DNA of 64,000 bases, taken from the IMG/VR virus record IMGVR_UViG_3300024999_000010. One strand, given 5' to 3'. Shown piece by piece: positions 1 through 8,940 of the stretch; within the stretch, counting starts at the first letter, position 1; each line of letters opens with the position of its first letter. Source of the DNA: an uncultured virus (IMG/VR IMGVR_UViG_3300024999_000010) (Duplodnaviria; Heunggongvirae; Uroviricota; Caudoviricetes). The notes beneath the pieces are model-generated. The model had not been told where the DNA came from and did not search any database. It worked only from the letters and a program-made list of their open reading frames with translations. The position numbers and the translations under genes were made by a program.

Positions 1-471
1 CCTTATTTTGGCATCCCATACCGTAAGTTGTCCCGCCTTACGTTGAGCCTTCTTAATATCCTGACGATTCCGCCTATGTACCGCCTCATAGTTCTCAATT
101 GGGGTTCGCATTATTAAATGGGCAGGATTAACACAAAGCCGGTTGCGACATCGGTGATCAATATGACGCTGTTCAGCAATTGGACCAACATAAACTGCAT
201 AAGATACCCTGTGCGCCCACTTAGTAGAGCCACCGGGATAAGCCATACATGGATAGCCATTATGGTTGCGTCCTGTCCATTTCCAACATCCGGAAGTCGT
301 CTTCTTGATATTATCCATGATTATCTCTTTGCATTGGTTCTTCAATTCATCCGGCACAAAGAAAGAATTAATAACCATGCGCCCACAAACACCAAATTTG
401 CCAGTGGCAATCCCGGGTACAAACTTTGACTCTTGGTGCAACCCCAATGTTGATAAAATTTTAATTACCAT
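1..471 (-). CDS. HNH endonuclease (3' end runs off window)
   Basis: Absent from the ORF track; translated manually. ATG at 471-469 directly follows the dnaE stop. Reads ...SGCWKWTGRNHNGY...AHRVSY...HIDHRCRNRLCVNPAHL..., a typical phage HNH signature. No stop before base 1. Confidence 0.9.
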   Translation of the reverse strand, partial: MVIKILSTLGLHQESKFVPGIATGKFGVCGRMVINSFFVPDELKNQCKEIIMDNIKKTTSGCWKWTGRNHNGYPCMAYPGGSTKWAHRVSYAVYVGPIAEQRHIDHRCRNRLCVNPAHLIMRTPIENYEAVHRRNRQDIKKAQRKAGQLTVWDAKIR

Positions 472-3183
472 TCAAAAAGAAAATAGATGCTTTATTTTAT
501 TATACTCTATCGGGGTAAAAACCTTCTCTTTTTCATAGGCCCCAATCTCTTTTAATATCAAAATAATATTTTTATTTACCCCTTTTATACTTGTCGATTC
601 CATATTATCGGAGTTGAAAAATCCTTTATTCTTTTGTTTTTGAGCAGAAGCATTTTCAAGATTCAAGGCCACTGTTTCACCAACTCCATTGATTGATATA
701 AAAGGGGCATATAAATTTCCTTTTGTATCAACAATCCAGCTTTTCGCTTTTGAAATTCCTATTTTGGGCAGTTTCAATTTCATCCGTAATCTTTTACTTT
801 CTTGAATCAATTTTGGTGAATGCTCCTTGCTCCCAAATGTTAAGGAACAAGCAATAAATTCATTAGGGAAATATGTTTTACAATACATATCCCAAAATGT
901 AATTACAGAATATTCAACAGAATGACTACGGTTAAATGCGTAATTACCGAATGTTAATATTGTTTTCCAGATTTCTTTTGCCTTTTTCTTTTCAACTGAT
1001 TTATTATTTAAACATCCTTCAATAAATTGGTCATAATATTTATTTAATGCTTCTTCTCCTTTGCTTTTTGCCATTACCTTCCGGATTTTATCACAGATAT
1101 TCATAGGAATACCGGAAAGTTTATTTATAACTTGCATTACCTGTTCTTGATAAACGATAATCCCATAAGTATTTTCAGTTATTTTATCATAAGCAGGGTT
1201 AATACTTTTGATTTTAGCCTTGCCATTTTTCCTTTTAACAAATTCTTCTGCCATCCCCGAATCCAAAGGGCCAGGGCGAAACAAGGCGGTAGCAGCAGAA
1301 AGAACTTCAAAATTATCCACCCCCAAATCAATACAGTATTTTGTTAGGCCATAAGTTCCAATCTGAAAAGCACCTATTGTATTTCCTTTGTTAATTTCAT
1401 CATAAACCTTTTGATCATCAAGGGATAATTTCTGAAAATCAATATCAACTCCATGATTTTCTTTGACCATCTTTTTTGTTTCATTCAGAACGGATAAGGC
1501 TGATAATCCCAAAATATCGAGCTTCATTAATCCGCAATATTCAGCATTATCCTTATCCCAATTTGCAACAATTTGATTGCTTCTTAGGGCAAGATTGCAT
1601 TTTGTTCCTATTGTTAAATCTTCCGAGGAAATACAAAGAGCAGCGGCATGTTGGCTATTTCCACGTATCTGTCCCTCAAGATTCTCCGCTATCTTTACAA
1701 TTTTAGGATATTTATGTTTGAATTGTTTACATTCAATAATATTTTCAAATGAGCCTTTTACCTGTTCATTATTTTTATTGTCATCATTCATTGCCTTTGC
1801 AGCAACATCAACTTCATTCAAGGGAATATCAAACGCCCTTGCAACATCCCTGATAACACTTCTGCCTTTCATCAACATAAATGTAGAAAGACCAGCAACA
1901 TTATTTTTCCCATATTTATTTTTCAAATATTCCCTGACTCGATACCGTTTGTGATCCTCGAAATCAAGATCAATATCCGGTAAATCATTCCTGTCAGGAG
2001 AAATAAACCTAAAAAATACCAGATTATGAATTATTGGGTCGACATCAGTAATTCCAAGCAAAAAAGCGATAAGCGAACCACCCACAGACCCTCTACCTGG
2101 ACCAACCATTATATCATTTTTTTTACACCAATTGATTAAATCCCATACAATCAAAAAGTATCTTTGAAATTTCATCTTTTTGATTAATTCAATCTCTTCC
2201 CCAACCCTGGAAGAATAAACGACATATTCCTCATCACTCAAATGATTTAATTTACGTTTCATTCCTCTGACGATTTGATTCCAAAGGAAATCATTTTCTT
2301 CTTCATCATCCTTAAATTCCATTATTGAGGGAAGAGAAACAGCTTGTTGTTTTATCTCAAATCCTTCACACATTGAAGCGATTCTTGTTGTCCATCTGAG
2401 TGCTTTCTTTATTTCAATTGCAGAAAGGCAATTTTGATCAATAAATGCTTGATACATTTCATCATAGCTTTTGAGATAAAGCCCAGTACAATTAAATTTC
2501 CAACGGGTAGAATCATGCCATTTTTTCTTTGATTGAATTGCAAGTAAAACTTCTTGATACAAGGATGATTCATTCGTTGGATAATGGCAATCATTTGTTG
2601 CTACAAGAGAATAATTATTTGTTCTTGACAAATGACTTAATAATTGACAAAGTTTATTGATTTTTATTTGTTCAGGAATATTATGGGGCATTACTTCCAG
2701 AAATGTTCTTTCAAATCCTATTGTATCCCCGATATTTTCAAGAATTTCTCTTCCGTCCGGCATATTCAAAAAGGAAAGAGAACATCCTGTTAATACAATT
2801 AACCCTTCCAGATTATTCAAAAGGATTTCTTTATCAATTCTCGGCCGGTAATAAAATCCAGTAGTACCTGCATATGACAGCATTTTGAGTAGATTATTCC
2901 AGCCAGTTTCATTCTCAACAAGTAAGGTAATATGATATCTTGTTTCTTTCTTTTCCTTAATTGTTGAATCAGAAACAATATACATTTCACAACCGATAAT
3001 TGGCTTAATCCCAGCTTCTTTACATTGTTTCTGGTGATCAATTGCCCCATCGATGTTTCCGTGATTGGTGATTGAAAGATGAGTTTGCCCTAATGATTTT
3101 GCCAGTTCTGCATATTGTTTTGATGTTCCAACACCATCAAGGATAGAATATTGATTATGTAAATGAAGATGGCAGAAATTCAT
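472..3183 (-). CDS. dnaE: DNA polymerase III alpha subunit (family C), lacking the usual C-terminal OB-fold region
   Basis: PHP motif HLHLHNQYSILDG, GPGRGSVGGS, PDIDLDF, KLDILGL, YAFNRSHS. Confidence 0.95.
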   Translation of the reverse strand: MNFCHLHLHNQYSILDGVGTSKQYAELAKSLGQTHLSITNHGNIDGAIDHQKQCKEAGIKPIIGCEMYIVSDSTIKEKKETRYHITLLVENETGWNNLLKMLSYAGTTGFYYRPRIDKEILLNNLEGLIVLTGCSLSFLNMPDGREILENIGDTIGFERTFLEVMPHNIPEQIKINKLCQLLSHLSRTNNYSLVATNDCHYPTNESSLYQEVLLAIQSKKKWHDSTRWKFNCTGLYLKSYDEMYQAFIDQNCLSAIEIKKALRWTTRIASMCEGFEIKQQAVSLPSIMEFKDDEEENDFLWNQIVRGMKRKLNHLSDEEYVVYSSRVGEEIELIKKMKFQRYFLIVWDLINWCKKNDIMVGPGRGSVGGSLIAFLLGITDVDPIIHNLVFFRFISPDRNDLPDIDLDFEDHKRYRVREYLKNKYGKNNVAGLSTFMLMKGRSVIRDVARAFDIPLNEVDVAAKAMNDDNKNNEQVKGSFENIIECKQFKHKYPKIVKIAENLEGQIRGNSQHAAALCISSEDLTIGTKCNLALRSNQIVANWDKDNAEYCGLMKLDILGLSALSVLNETKKMVKENHGVDIDFQKLSLDDQKVYDEINKGNTIGAFQIGTYGLTKYCIDLGVDNFEVLSAATALFRPGPLDSGMAEEFVKRKNGKAKIKSINPAYDKITENTYGIIVYQEQVMQVINKLSGIPMNICDKIRKVMAKSKGEEALNKYYDQFIEGCLNNKSVEKKKAKEIWKTILTFGNYAFNRSHSVEYSVITFWDMYCKTYFPNEFIACSLTFGSKEHSPKLIQESKRLRMKLKLPKIGISKAKSWIVDTKGNLYAPFISINGVGETVALNLENASAQKQKNKGFFNSDNMESTSIKGVNKNIILILKEIGAYEKEKVFTPIEYNKIKHLFSF

Positions 3184-3187
3184 GTTT

Positions 3188-3275
3188 TGGTGCCCCTGAA
3201 GAGATTTGAACTCTTATGATTAATACAATCGAAAGATTTTAAGTCTTTTGTGTCTACCAGTTTCACCACAGGGGC
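3188..3275 (-). tRNA. tRNA-Leu (anticodon TAA) with encoded CCA
   Basis: GCCCCTG/CAGGGGC acceptor stem + ACCA; D-loop AAACTGGTAGA; anticodon arm AAAGA-CTTAAAA-TCTTT; long variable arm; T arm AAGAG-TTCAAAT-CTCTT. Confidence 0.93.
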
Positions 3276-3280
3276 ATTTA

Positions 3281-3472
3281 TTATGTTCTTGCCTTCAAAT
3301 CAACTCTTGAAATAATAACAGATTTTTTATCATGTGTAGAAGTGTCCGTCACAGCAAATTGAATATCTTCAGGAATCATTCCAGTTTCATAATGATAATT
3401 TTGAAGTATATTTCTTATTTTTTCTTCAACATTTCTTGTTGCCTTATTAATAATATCTGCTATTGATTCCAT
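3281..3472 (-). CDS. hypothetical protein
   Basis: 63-aa ORF packed between beta clamp and tRNA, AGGAG upstream. Confidence 0.6.
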   Translation of the reverse strand: MESIADIINKATRNVEEKIRNILQNYHYETGMIPEDIQFAVTDTSTHDKKSVIISRVDLKART

Positions 3473-3473
3473 T

Positions 3474-4496
3474 TCACTCTCCTATCAGGCAAACAACATG
3501 CTCAAAATTCTCTCCTTGAAATTTCAATGAATTCTTCCCAACAATACAATGTTGGAGTTTATCCAAAATATCATAAAGGAATGTTGGGGAAACAATAAAC
3601 TGAATATCATCACCTTTATAGGCACAATTGGCATTTTCCTCAAACCACCCATAATCCCCTTCACCTTTGAAAATAATCCTCCTGTTTTTTACAGAAACAA
3701 TTACCTGCTCATCACGAATTGATTCAGCTTTTGAAAATATTCCTGCCCTTTCCAGGATTTCTTTTGTCAAAGAGGGCAATTTCAACTCAACCCCTTCAAC
3801 ATTCAAAAATTCAGAAACATCCGGGAATTCTCCGGCATCAGTCCGACAAGAAAATATAAGGCCATTTCCTGCCCTGAAATGTGCCCACCCTGCCGTTTCG
3901 CAGAATTCCGCTATAGGGTAGCGGGTCAGACTTTTAACTGCTGTAGCGGGCAAAAGAACGGCTTCCTTGAATGCTTTCTTGCCGCCGTTCCCGATATCCA
4001 CTCGCATGATCCTGAAATCATCAGATGCAGTCAAATATCTCCCATTAATATAAATATTGGAAAGGACCGGTTTACTCATATCATCAGCGGCAAATGGCTG
4101 AATCATTTTTAGGGCCGGAAGGAAGGTTTCAGGAAGTTTTACCCAATCCTTTGAATTGCCAAGTTCATCCAGGGGCAATTTGATTTCTGATTCCAGCCTG
4201 ATTCCAGCTTTGGACCTGCCGCATTCCAAGTGAAGCATATTATCGGCTTCATCAACAGAAATTTCAATTTCTTCATCCTTCAGTTTGGAAACCAATTTAT
4301 ATAATTCATCTGCACGAACTGCCCCGGTAATATTAATACTGATTGGATACCGGACTGCAATTTGATCATTATAGGTTACAACATGCTTGTTTATAAATGC
4401 AAATGAGGTTGCTTGCTCAATTAATTTTTCATTACCAGCAAGCCCTGGTTTAACTGCTTCAAGGGCTGTTTGCAATTCCTGCTTTTTGATTTTCAT
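3474..4496 (-). CDS. dnaN: DNA polymerase III beta sliding clamp
   Basis: ~340 aa; KPVLSNIYI, ASDDFR, GEFPD motifs; next to dnaE. Confidence 0.85.
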   Translation of the reverse strand: MKIKKQELQTALEAVKPGLAGNEKLIEQATSFAFINKHVVTYNDQIAVRYPISINITGAVRADELYKLVSKLKDEEIEISVDEADNMLHLECGRSKAGIRLESEIKLPLDELGNSKDWVKLPETFLPALKMIQPFAADDMSKPVLSNIYINGRYLTASDDFRIMRVDIGNGGKKAFKEAVLLPATAVKSLTRYPIAEFCETAGWAHFRAGNGLIFSCRTDAGEFPDVSEFLNVEGVELKLPSLTKEILERAGIFSKAESIRDEQVIVSVKNRRIIFKGEGDYGWFEENANCAYKGDDIQFIVSPTFLYDILDKLQHCIVGKNSLKFQGENFEHVVCLIGE

Positions 4497-4801
4497 TTTA
4501 TTGCCTCTTTCCATTCTGGATAATTTTTAATTGGATATTTTTCTTCATTCATTTTGATTTTCATTTCAGTAGCTTCATCAAGATTGATTCCATTATCATG
4601 TGCAAGATATTCAAGGATGATTCTAACATCTGCCAATTCTTCAGAAAGTCGCTGTTTATCAGGTTTCTTGCCCCATTCAAACAATTCTGCAAGTTCGGCG
4701 GATTCAATACAAAGTTTATGACTTAACGTTAATCCTGAATGATATTTTTCCCAATCTCTTTCTTTACGGAAATCAATTAATTGTTGAAGTATTTTGTTCA
4801 T
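4493..4801 (-). CDS. MazG-like nucleotide pyrophosphohydrolase
   Basis: FRKERDWEKYH, ESAELAE, EELADV, NEEKYP. Confidence 0.9.
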   Translation of the reverse strand: MNKILQQLIDFRKERDWEKYHSGLTLSHKLCIESAELAELFEWGKKPDKQRLSEELADVRIILEYLAHDNGINLDEATEMKIKMNEEKYPIKNYPEWKEAIK

Positions 4802-5739
4802 AAATCCAATCCTCTTTGTTCATTCTTGGCACTAATAATATTTTTTAACGCAGTTCTATAATAGGATTGTTTTAATTCAATTCCAATAGGAAATCTTTTC
4901 ATTTGAATTGCAACATACATTTCTGAACCAATACCTGCAAATGGGGTTAATATCGTATCACCTTCTTTTGACCACAGAAGCATGGCACGTTCAATTGTAT
5001 CAAGTTGAAGAGGACAAATGTGCCGTTCATCTTCTTTTTCACGTGCAAGAGCATAGTTTAACGTTCTTGTTTGCCTAATATCCATCCAAACAGGTGATGC
5101 ATATCTTTGCCAAACCTTATGACTATATTTATTTATTCTTGGATCATCACTTTTTGATTCTGCCGGTTCAGCCCTTTCTCCGGTATAATATTCAAATCCT
5201 CTTCCATGTGAAATAGGATCGGAATTATCTCCTGGTTTGCGCATTGTCACAAGATAATCAGGTAAACCTTGGGCACAACGACTTGAATCTTTTGATATTT
5301 GTTTGTGTGCAAGTGTAAGATTTTTCGTTCGTGTTGCTTGAACAAGTGGATCTTTCCAAATACAAACTTCAGAATGATAAATAAAATTTGATTGTTGAAA
5401 TGTCCTGATTATATCCCCTCTGAAATCTTCCATTCCCATATATCCATTATGAGAAATTGTCATAGGAAGATTCATACAATGAATTGAAATAGAACGTCCA
5501 GGTTTCATTACCCTAAAAAGTTCTTTTACAAGAAATTTAAAATGTTCTTTGAATTCATCTGAATTTGAGCTATTCCCCATATCCCTTTCAGAATTGGAAT
5601 ATGTAAATAATGAGGAAAAAGGCGGAGAAAAGATGGAAAATCCAATACTTTCATCAGGAATACCTTTTATAATTTCAATACAATCACCATGATAAAGTGC
5701 AAATTTATCAGTAATTTTTTGATTTATTACTTTAACCAT
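4798..5739 (-). CDS. DNA methyltransferase (N4-C/N6-A, beta class)
   Basis: FSPPF catalytic motif, HICPLQ, PFAGIGS SAM-binding motif. Confidence 0.9.
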   Translation of the reverse strand: MVKVINQKITDKFALYHGDCIEIIKGIPDESIGFSIFSPPFSSLFTYSNSERDMGNSSNSDEFKEHFKFLVKELFRVMKPGRSISIHCMNLPMTISHNGYMGMEDFRGDIIRTFQQSNFIYHSEVCIWKDPLVQATRTKNLTLAHKQISKDSSRCAQGLPDYLVTMRKPGDNSDPISHGRGFEYYTGERAEPAESKSDDPRINKYSHKVWQRYASPVWMDIRQTRTLNYALAREKEDERHICPLQLDTIERAMLLWSKEGDTILTPFAGIGSEMYVAIQMKRFPIGIELKQSYYRTALKNIISAKNEQRGLDL

Positions 5740-7112
5740 TCTGGTAACTCCATTTCAATTTCAGGATTATATTCGGTAATTGTTTGTTCGGCGCCACGAA
5801 TCAATTTTGATGATATTGGAGACATTGCAGAAAGCATTCCTTCTATCATCTGTTGAGCATATTCTTCTTTTTTCTTTATATTTTTAACAATCGCACCTTC
5901 AGATTCAGACGAAATAATATGGACATCAACCTTATTTTCCTGGCCAAATCTCCAGCACCTTCTTATTGCTTGATAATATTCTTCATAACTGTCTGATAAA
6001 CCAACAAACATCACATTATGACAATGTTGCCAATTCATACCGAAACCAAAAATTGTTGATTTGCTTATTAATACCTTTTGACTTCCATTTACAAAATTTT
6101 CAGCAGAATTTATTTTATGATCTTCGGTATCTGAACCTTTTACTTCAACAGAATCATTTATTTTAAGTTTTAATTGTTCTGATTCAACATTGAGGTTACA
6201 CCACACAATCCATTGCCCTTTTGATTTATTTATGATTTCAGCCGCCTTGTCGGTTCTCAATGGTAATGAATCGCGTTTTGCTTGTCGGCGTTCCGATAAT
6301 GTTTTTGCCTCATAAGCAAGTAGGCCAAGACTATTTTTTGGTTTAACATTCGATTTTATAATATGTTCATGAAATTCAATTGGGGGAAGAATAAAACCAT
6401 TATCATTATAACCAAGGTTGGATGGTTTCTGAATCAATACAGACCAAGAGCATACCCATTCCCAAAAATCTTTTATTGCATGTTTTTTCAATCTCCATGT
6501 TCCGGTATCACCTGTATCATTGATAAAAAACATAGAAAGCATTTCTGACCTGGACATAATACTAAGAAATTCAGCATGATTTCCAAGTTCCATAAAATCG
6601 TTGGGGGATGGCGTAGCAGTACAACAAAGTCGATATGGAGTTTTACAAAATAATTGAATAAGTAATGTTCGATATTTTGATGAATATGACTTCAGACAAC
6701 TGGACTCATCGAGTACAATACCAATAAATTTTGAAGTATCAAATTTATGAATTTTTTCATAATTGGTGATGTTTATTCCATTTATGATATCGTCTTGTGA
6801 TTCACAAATATTAACTTCAATATTAAATTTTTTACCTTCCTGTTTTGATTGTCTGGCAACGGATAAGGGTGCAAGAATAAGGATTGGTTTCTTTGTTTCT
6901 TCATGAACAAGTCTTGACCATTCTAACTGCTGAAATGTTTTACCAAGACCGCAATCTTCGAATAATGCAGACCTTCCTCGTTTTAAGGACCATATTACAC
7001 AATCCTTTTGAAAATCAATAAGTTTATTATTAAGTTGTTTTTTATCAATAGAAAAACCTGTTGGAATATCAACAAGTTTTTTATTTTCAAGAAATTTTTG
7101 GTATTTGTTCAT
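5727..7112 (-). CDS. SNF2-like SF2 helicase
   Basis: CGLGKT, LDESS, TATP, FGFGMNWQ, QAIRRCWRFGQ. Confidence 0.9.
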   Translation of the reverse strand: MNKYQKFLENKKLVDIPTGFSIDKKQLNNKLIDFQKDCVIWSLKRGRSALFEDCGLGKTFQQLEWSRLVHEETKKPILILAPLSVARQSKQEGKKFNIEVNICESQDDIINGINITNYEKIHKFDTSKFIGIVLDESSCLKSYSSKYRTLLIQLFCKTPYRLCCTATPSPNDFMELGNHAEFLSIMSRSEMLSMFFINDTGDTGTWRLKKHAIKDFWEWVCSWSVLIQKPSNLGYNDNGFILPPIEFHEHIIKSNVKPKNSLGLLAYEAKTLSERRQAKRDSLPLRTDKAAEIINKSKGQWIVWCNLNVESEQLKLKINDSVEVKGSDTEDHKINSAENFVNGSQKVLISKSTIFGFGMNWQHCHNVMFVGLSDSYEEYYQAIRRCWRFGQENKVDVHIISSESEGAIVKNIKKKEEYAQQMIEGMLSAMSPISSKLIRGAEQTITEYNPEIEMELPEWLK

Positions 7113-8022
7113 AAATTTCCTTTTCTTCCCGATTCTGAATATGATCAAAAAAGAATCCTTTCATATTTTTTGTTCTAAGCTGTTTCGGAAGTTCAAAATC
7201 TTCATATGGCACGTTTTTCATTATGTCGTTTCTGGCCTTAACAAAATATGTTCTGAATCTTTGCAATTCATATTCTGTCCAGCCAGTTTTTTTATTAACA
7301 AATGAATTTTTGACAGTTGAAGTTAATGGCTGATACCGCATTGGATAAATTTCATTTACACCAATACTTTGTAAAAATCTTGCCCGATATAAGGCATCAG
7401 CAGGAGTATCCGTAAATCCATACAACATCAAAACGGATATTTTTTTGATACCGTTTTTCTTTGCAAGATTTATCGCATCAACAAGAAAACTTTCCTTCCC
7501 GGCAGAATCAAATGCAAATCGGACATCAGTCAATTTTAATTCCGCAATTCTTCCGGCTCTATATTTTGAAAACAATCTTGCTTCAAGCCCTTGATTGAAT
7601 TCTACATAGGGCATTTTCTTTAATTTATCAATAGCTAAATCAAAATGTTTTCTCGAACAGGCAAGGAAATTGTTATCACAAACAATCGGTCTTGGTATGA
7701 AATTAGAAACTTCTTTGAAACTTCCTTCAATTTTTGGAACAGCACAAAAGGAACAACTATTTACACAACCTCTTGTTGTAAATGTTGCAAGTGGATTATG
7801 AAAAATTACAGGTTCGCAAAAATCAATAGTGTTTCTGACTTCTGCAATTCCTTCAAATTTATCACGGATCAGAAGAGCGCCAGGACCGCCTACAACCACC
7901 GGTTTTTTCTGAGCCGTAATAAACCTGACAGCCTCGGCAAAAAGCCAAGTGAACGGGATAGAAACATAAATTATCCCGTTCACTTGCCATGCCGCAAAAG
8001 TTTTGCGCCACAGATTTATCAT
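7087..8022 (-). CDS. radical SAM protein
   Basis: TRGCVNSCSFC (CxxxCxxC), DNNF, FNQGL. Confidence 0.85.
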   Translation of the reverse strand: MINLWRKTFAAWQVNGIIYVSIPFTWLFAEAVRFITAQKKPVVVGGPGALLIRDKFEGIAEVRNTIDFCEPVIFHNPLATFTTRGCVNSCSFCAVPKIEGSFKEVSNFIPRPIVCDNNFLACSRKHFDLAIDKLKKMPYVEFNQGLEARLFSKYRAGRIAELKLTDVRFAFDSAGKESFLVDAINLAKKNGIKKISVLMLYGFTDTPADALYRARFLQSIGVNEIYPMRYQPLTSTVKNSFVNKKTGWTEYELQRFRTYFVKARNDIMKNVPYEDFELPKQLRTKNMKGFFFDHIQNREEKEIYEQIPKIS

Positions 8023-8808
8023 TTAATTGTTCCAGGAAAAAACTCCATCGGCCTCGGAAATCTGGCCAATAATCAGGAGAGTATTATAAACATAGCCAAA
8101 CATATAGTTGGCTACGTTTGTATTGGTTTTACCGCCTTTCTCGACAAACAATTCGTCGGAATATTTAACGATATCATCCCGAGTGCCGCCTTTCTTCAAG
8201 GCGTCAACAAGGGCATGACTCCGGGTATAAGCATTTGCATCCAGCTTACGACCACGCCTTACACCTGCTTTCCGCTCCTTCTTGATCTTCTCCTTCTTTA
8301 CCGGCCTGCCTTCCGTGGCCAGCTTCTGGAGCTTCTCAACCACATAATCCCGGCATTTCTTCAGGTCTTTCAGGAAGGGCGGGGCAATACGAACACCCAT
8401 TTCCTTGGCAATGGCCTGGAGTTCAGGAATCTTCTTAGCTGCCTTGGCGCTCTTCACCTGAGCCGTGGTGTCAATCTTTTCAGTTTCAATCACTTCAACT
8501 GTTCCTTCTTCTTGCTCTTCGGATTCGGTCATGCTAGTTTCTTCATTCCCCTCTTCGGTACCACCTGCCGTACCACCCATTGATTCCGGCAGGTCGGCAC
8601 CAATAGTCTTTAGGGTTGCAAGCGTTTCTTCAGACATTTCATCATCATCCGCCAACAGGGTGCTTGCTTCCCGCAGTTTCTGATCCAGCACTTTGGCATT
8701 GGCCTTTACATCAATACGCTGCTTATCACCTTCCTCAAACAGTACATCGTTCAGTTCCTTCGCCGCCTTGACCAGTTCACCCCTCGTTACCGTTTCCTTT
8801 TCACTCAT
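8023..8808 (-). CDS. hypothetical protein, acidic linker and basic C-terminal domain (possibly DNA-binding)
   Basis: GGAGG RBS before MSEKE; TATAAT promoter upstream. Confidence 0.6.
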   Translation of the reverse strand: MSEKETVTRGELVKAAKELNDVLFEEGDKQRIDVKANAKVLDQKLREASTLLADDDEMSEETLATLKTIGADLPESMGGTAGGTEEGNEETSMTESEEQEEGTVEVIETEKIDTTAQVKSAKAAKKIPELQAIAKEMGVRIAPPFLKDLKKCRDYVVEKLQKLATEGRPVKKEKIKKERKAGVRRGRKLDANAYTRSHALVDALKKGGTRDDIVKYSDELFVEKGGKTNTNVANYMFGYVYNTLLIIGQISEADGVFSWNN

Positions 8809-8878
8809 GACTTCCTCCAAATATTTTGGTTTAAATATTGTCTGCATATTGTCTGCATCTTGCCGACAACCTATTGTC

Positions 8879-8898
8879 ACTATTATTATACTGAAAAA
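8879..8898 (-). promoter_or_regulatory. putative promoter, -10 TATAAT (TTTTCAGTATAATA)
   Basis: Intergenic; similar to motifs at 11235 and 62738. Confidence 0.55.
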
Positions 8899-8940
8899 TA
8901 TAAAAAAACTACCAAAATATTTTGCTTTTTATTATTTTTT

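Noticed and set aside
469..474. Stop-codon readthrough or recoding fusing DnaE to the HNH
   Set aside because: Stop-then-ATG in-frame junctions are common here (8022/8023, 32936/32937, 36366/36367, 42380/42381, 44743/44744), and conserved genes are uninterrupted in code 11.
3188..3275. tRNA as attP/prophage boundary
   Set aside because: Phage genes continue on both sides, with no integrase and no duplicated tRNA 3' end in the window.
7645..8583. Long antisense ORFs (7645-8583, 60231-60986 and other shadows)
   Set aside because: They lie opposite well-supported genes and have no motifs or RBS.
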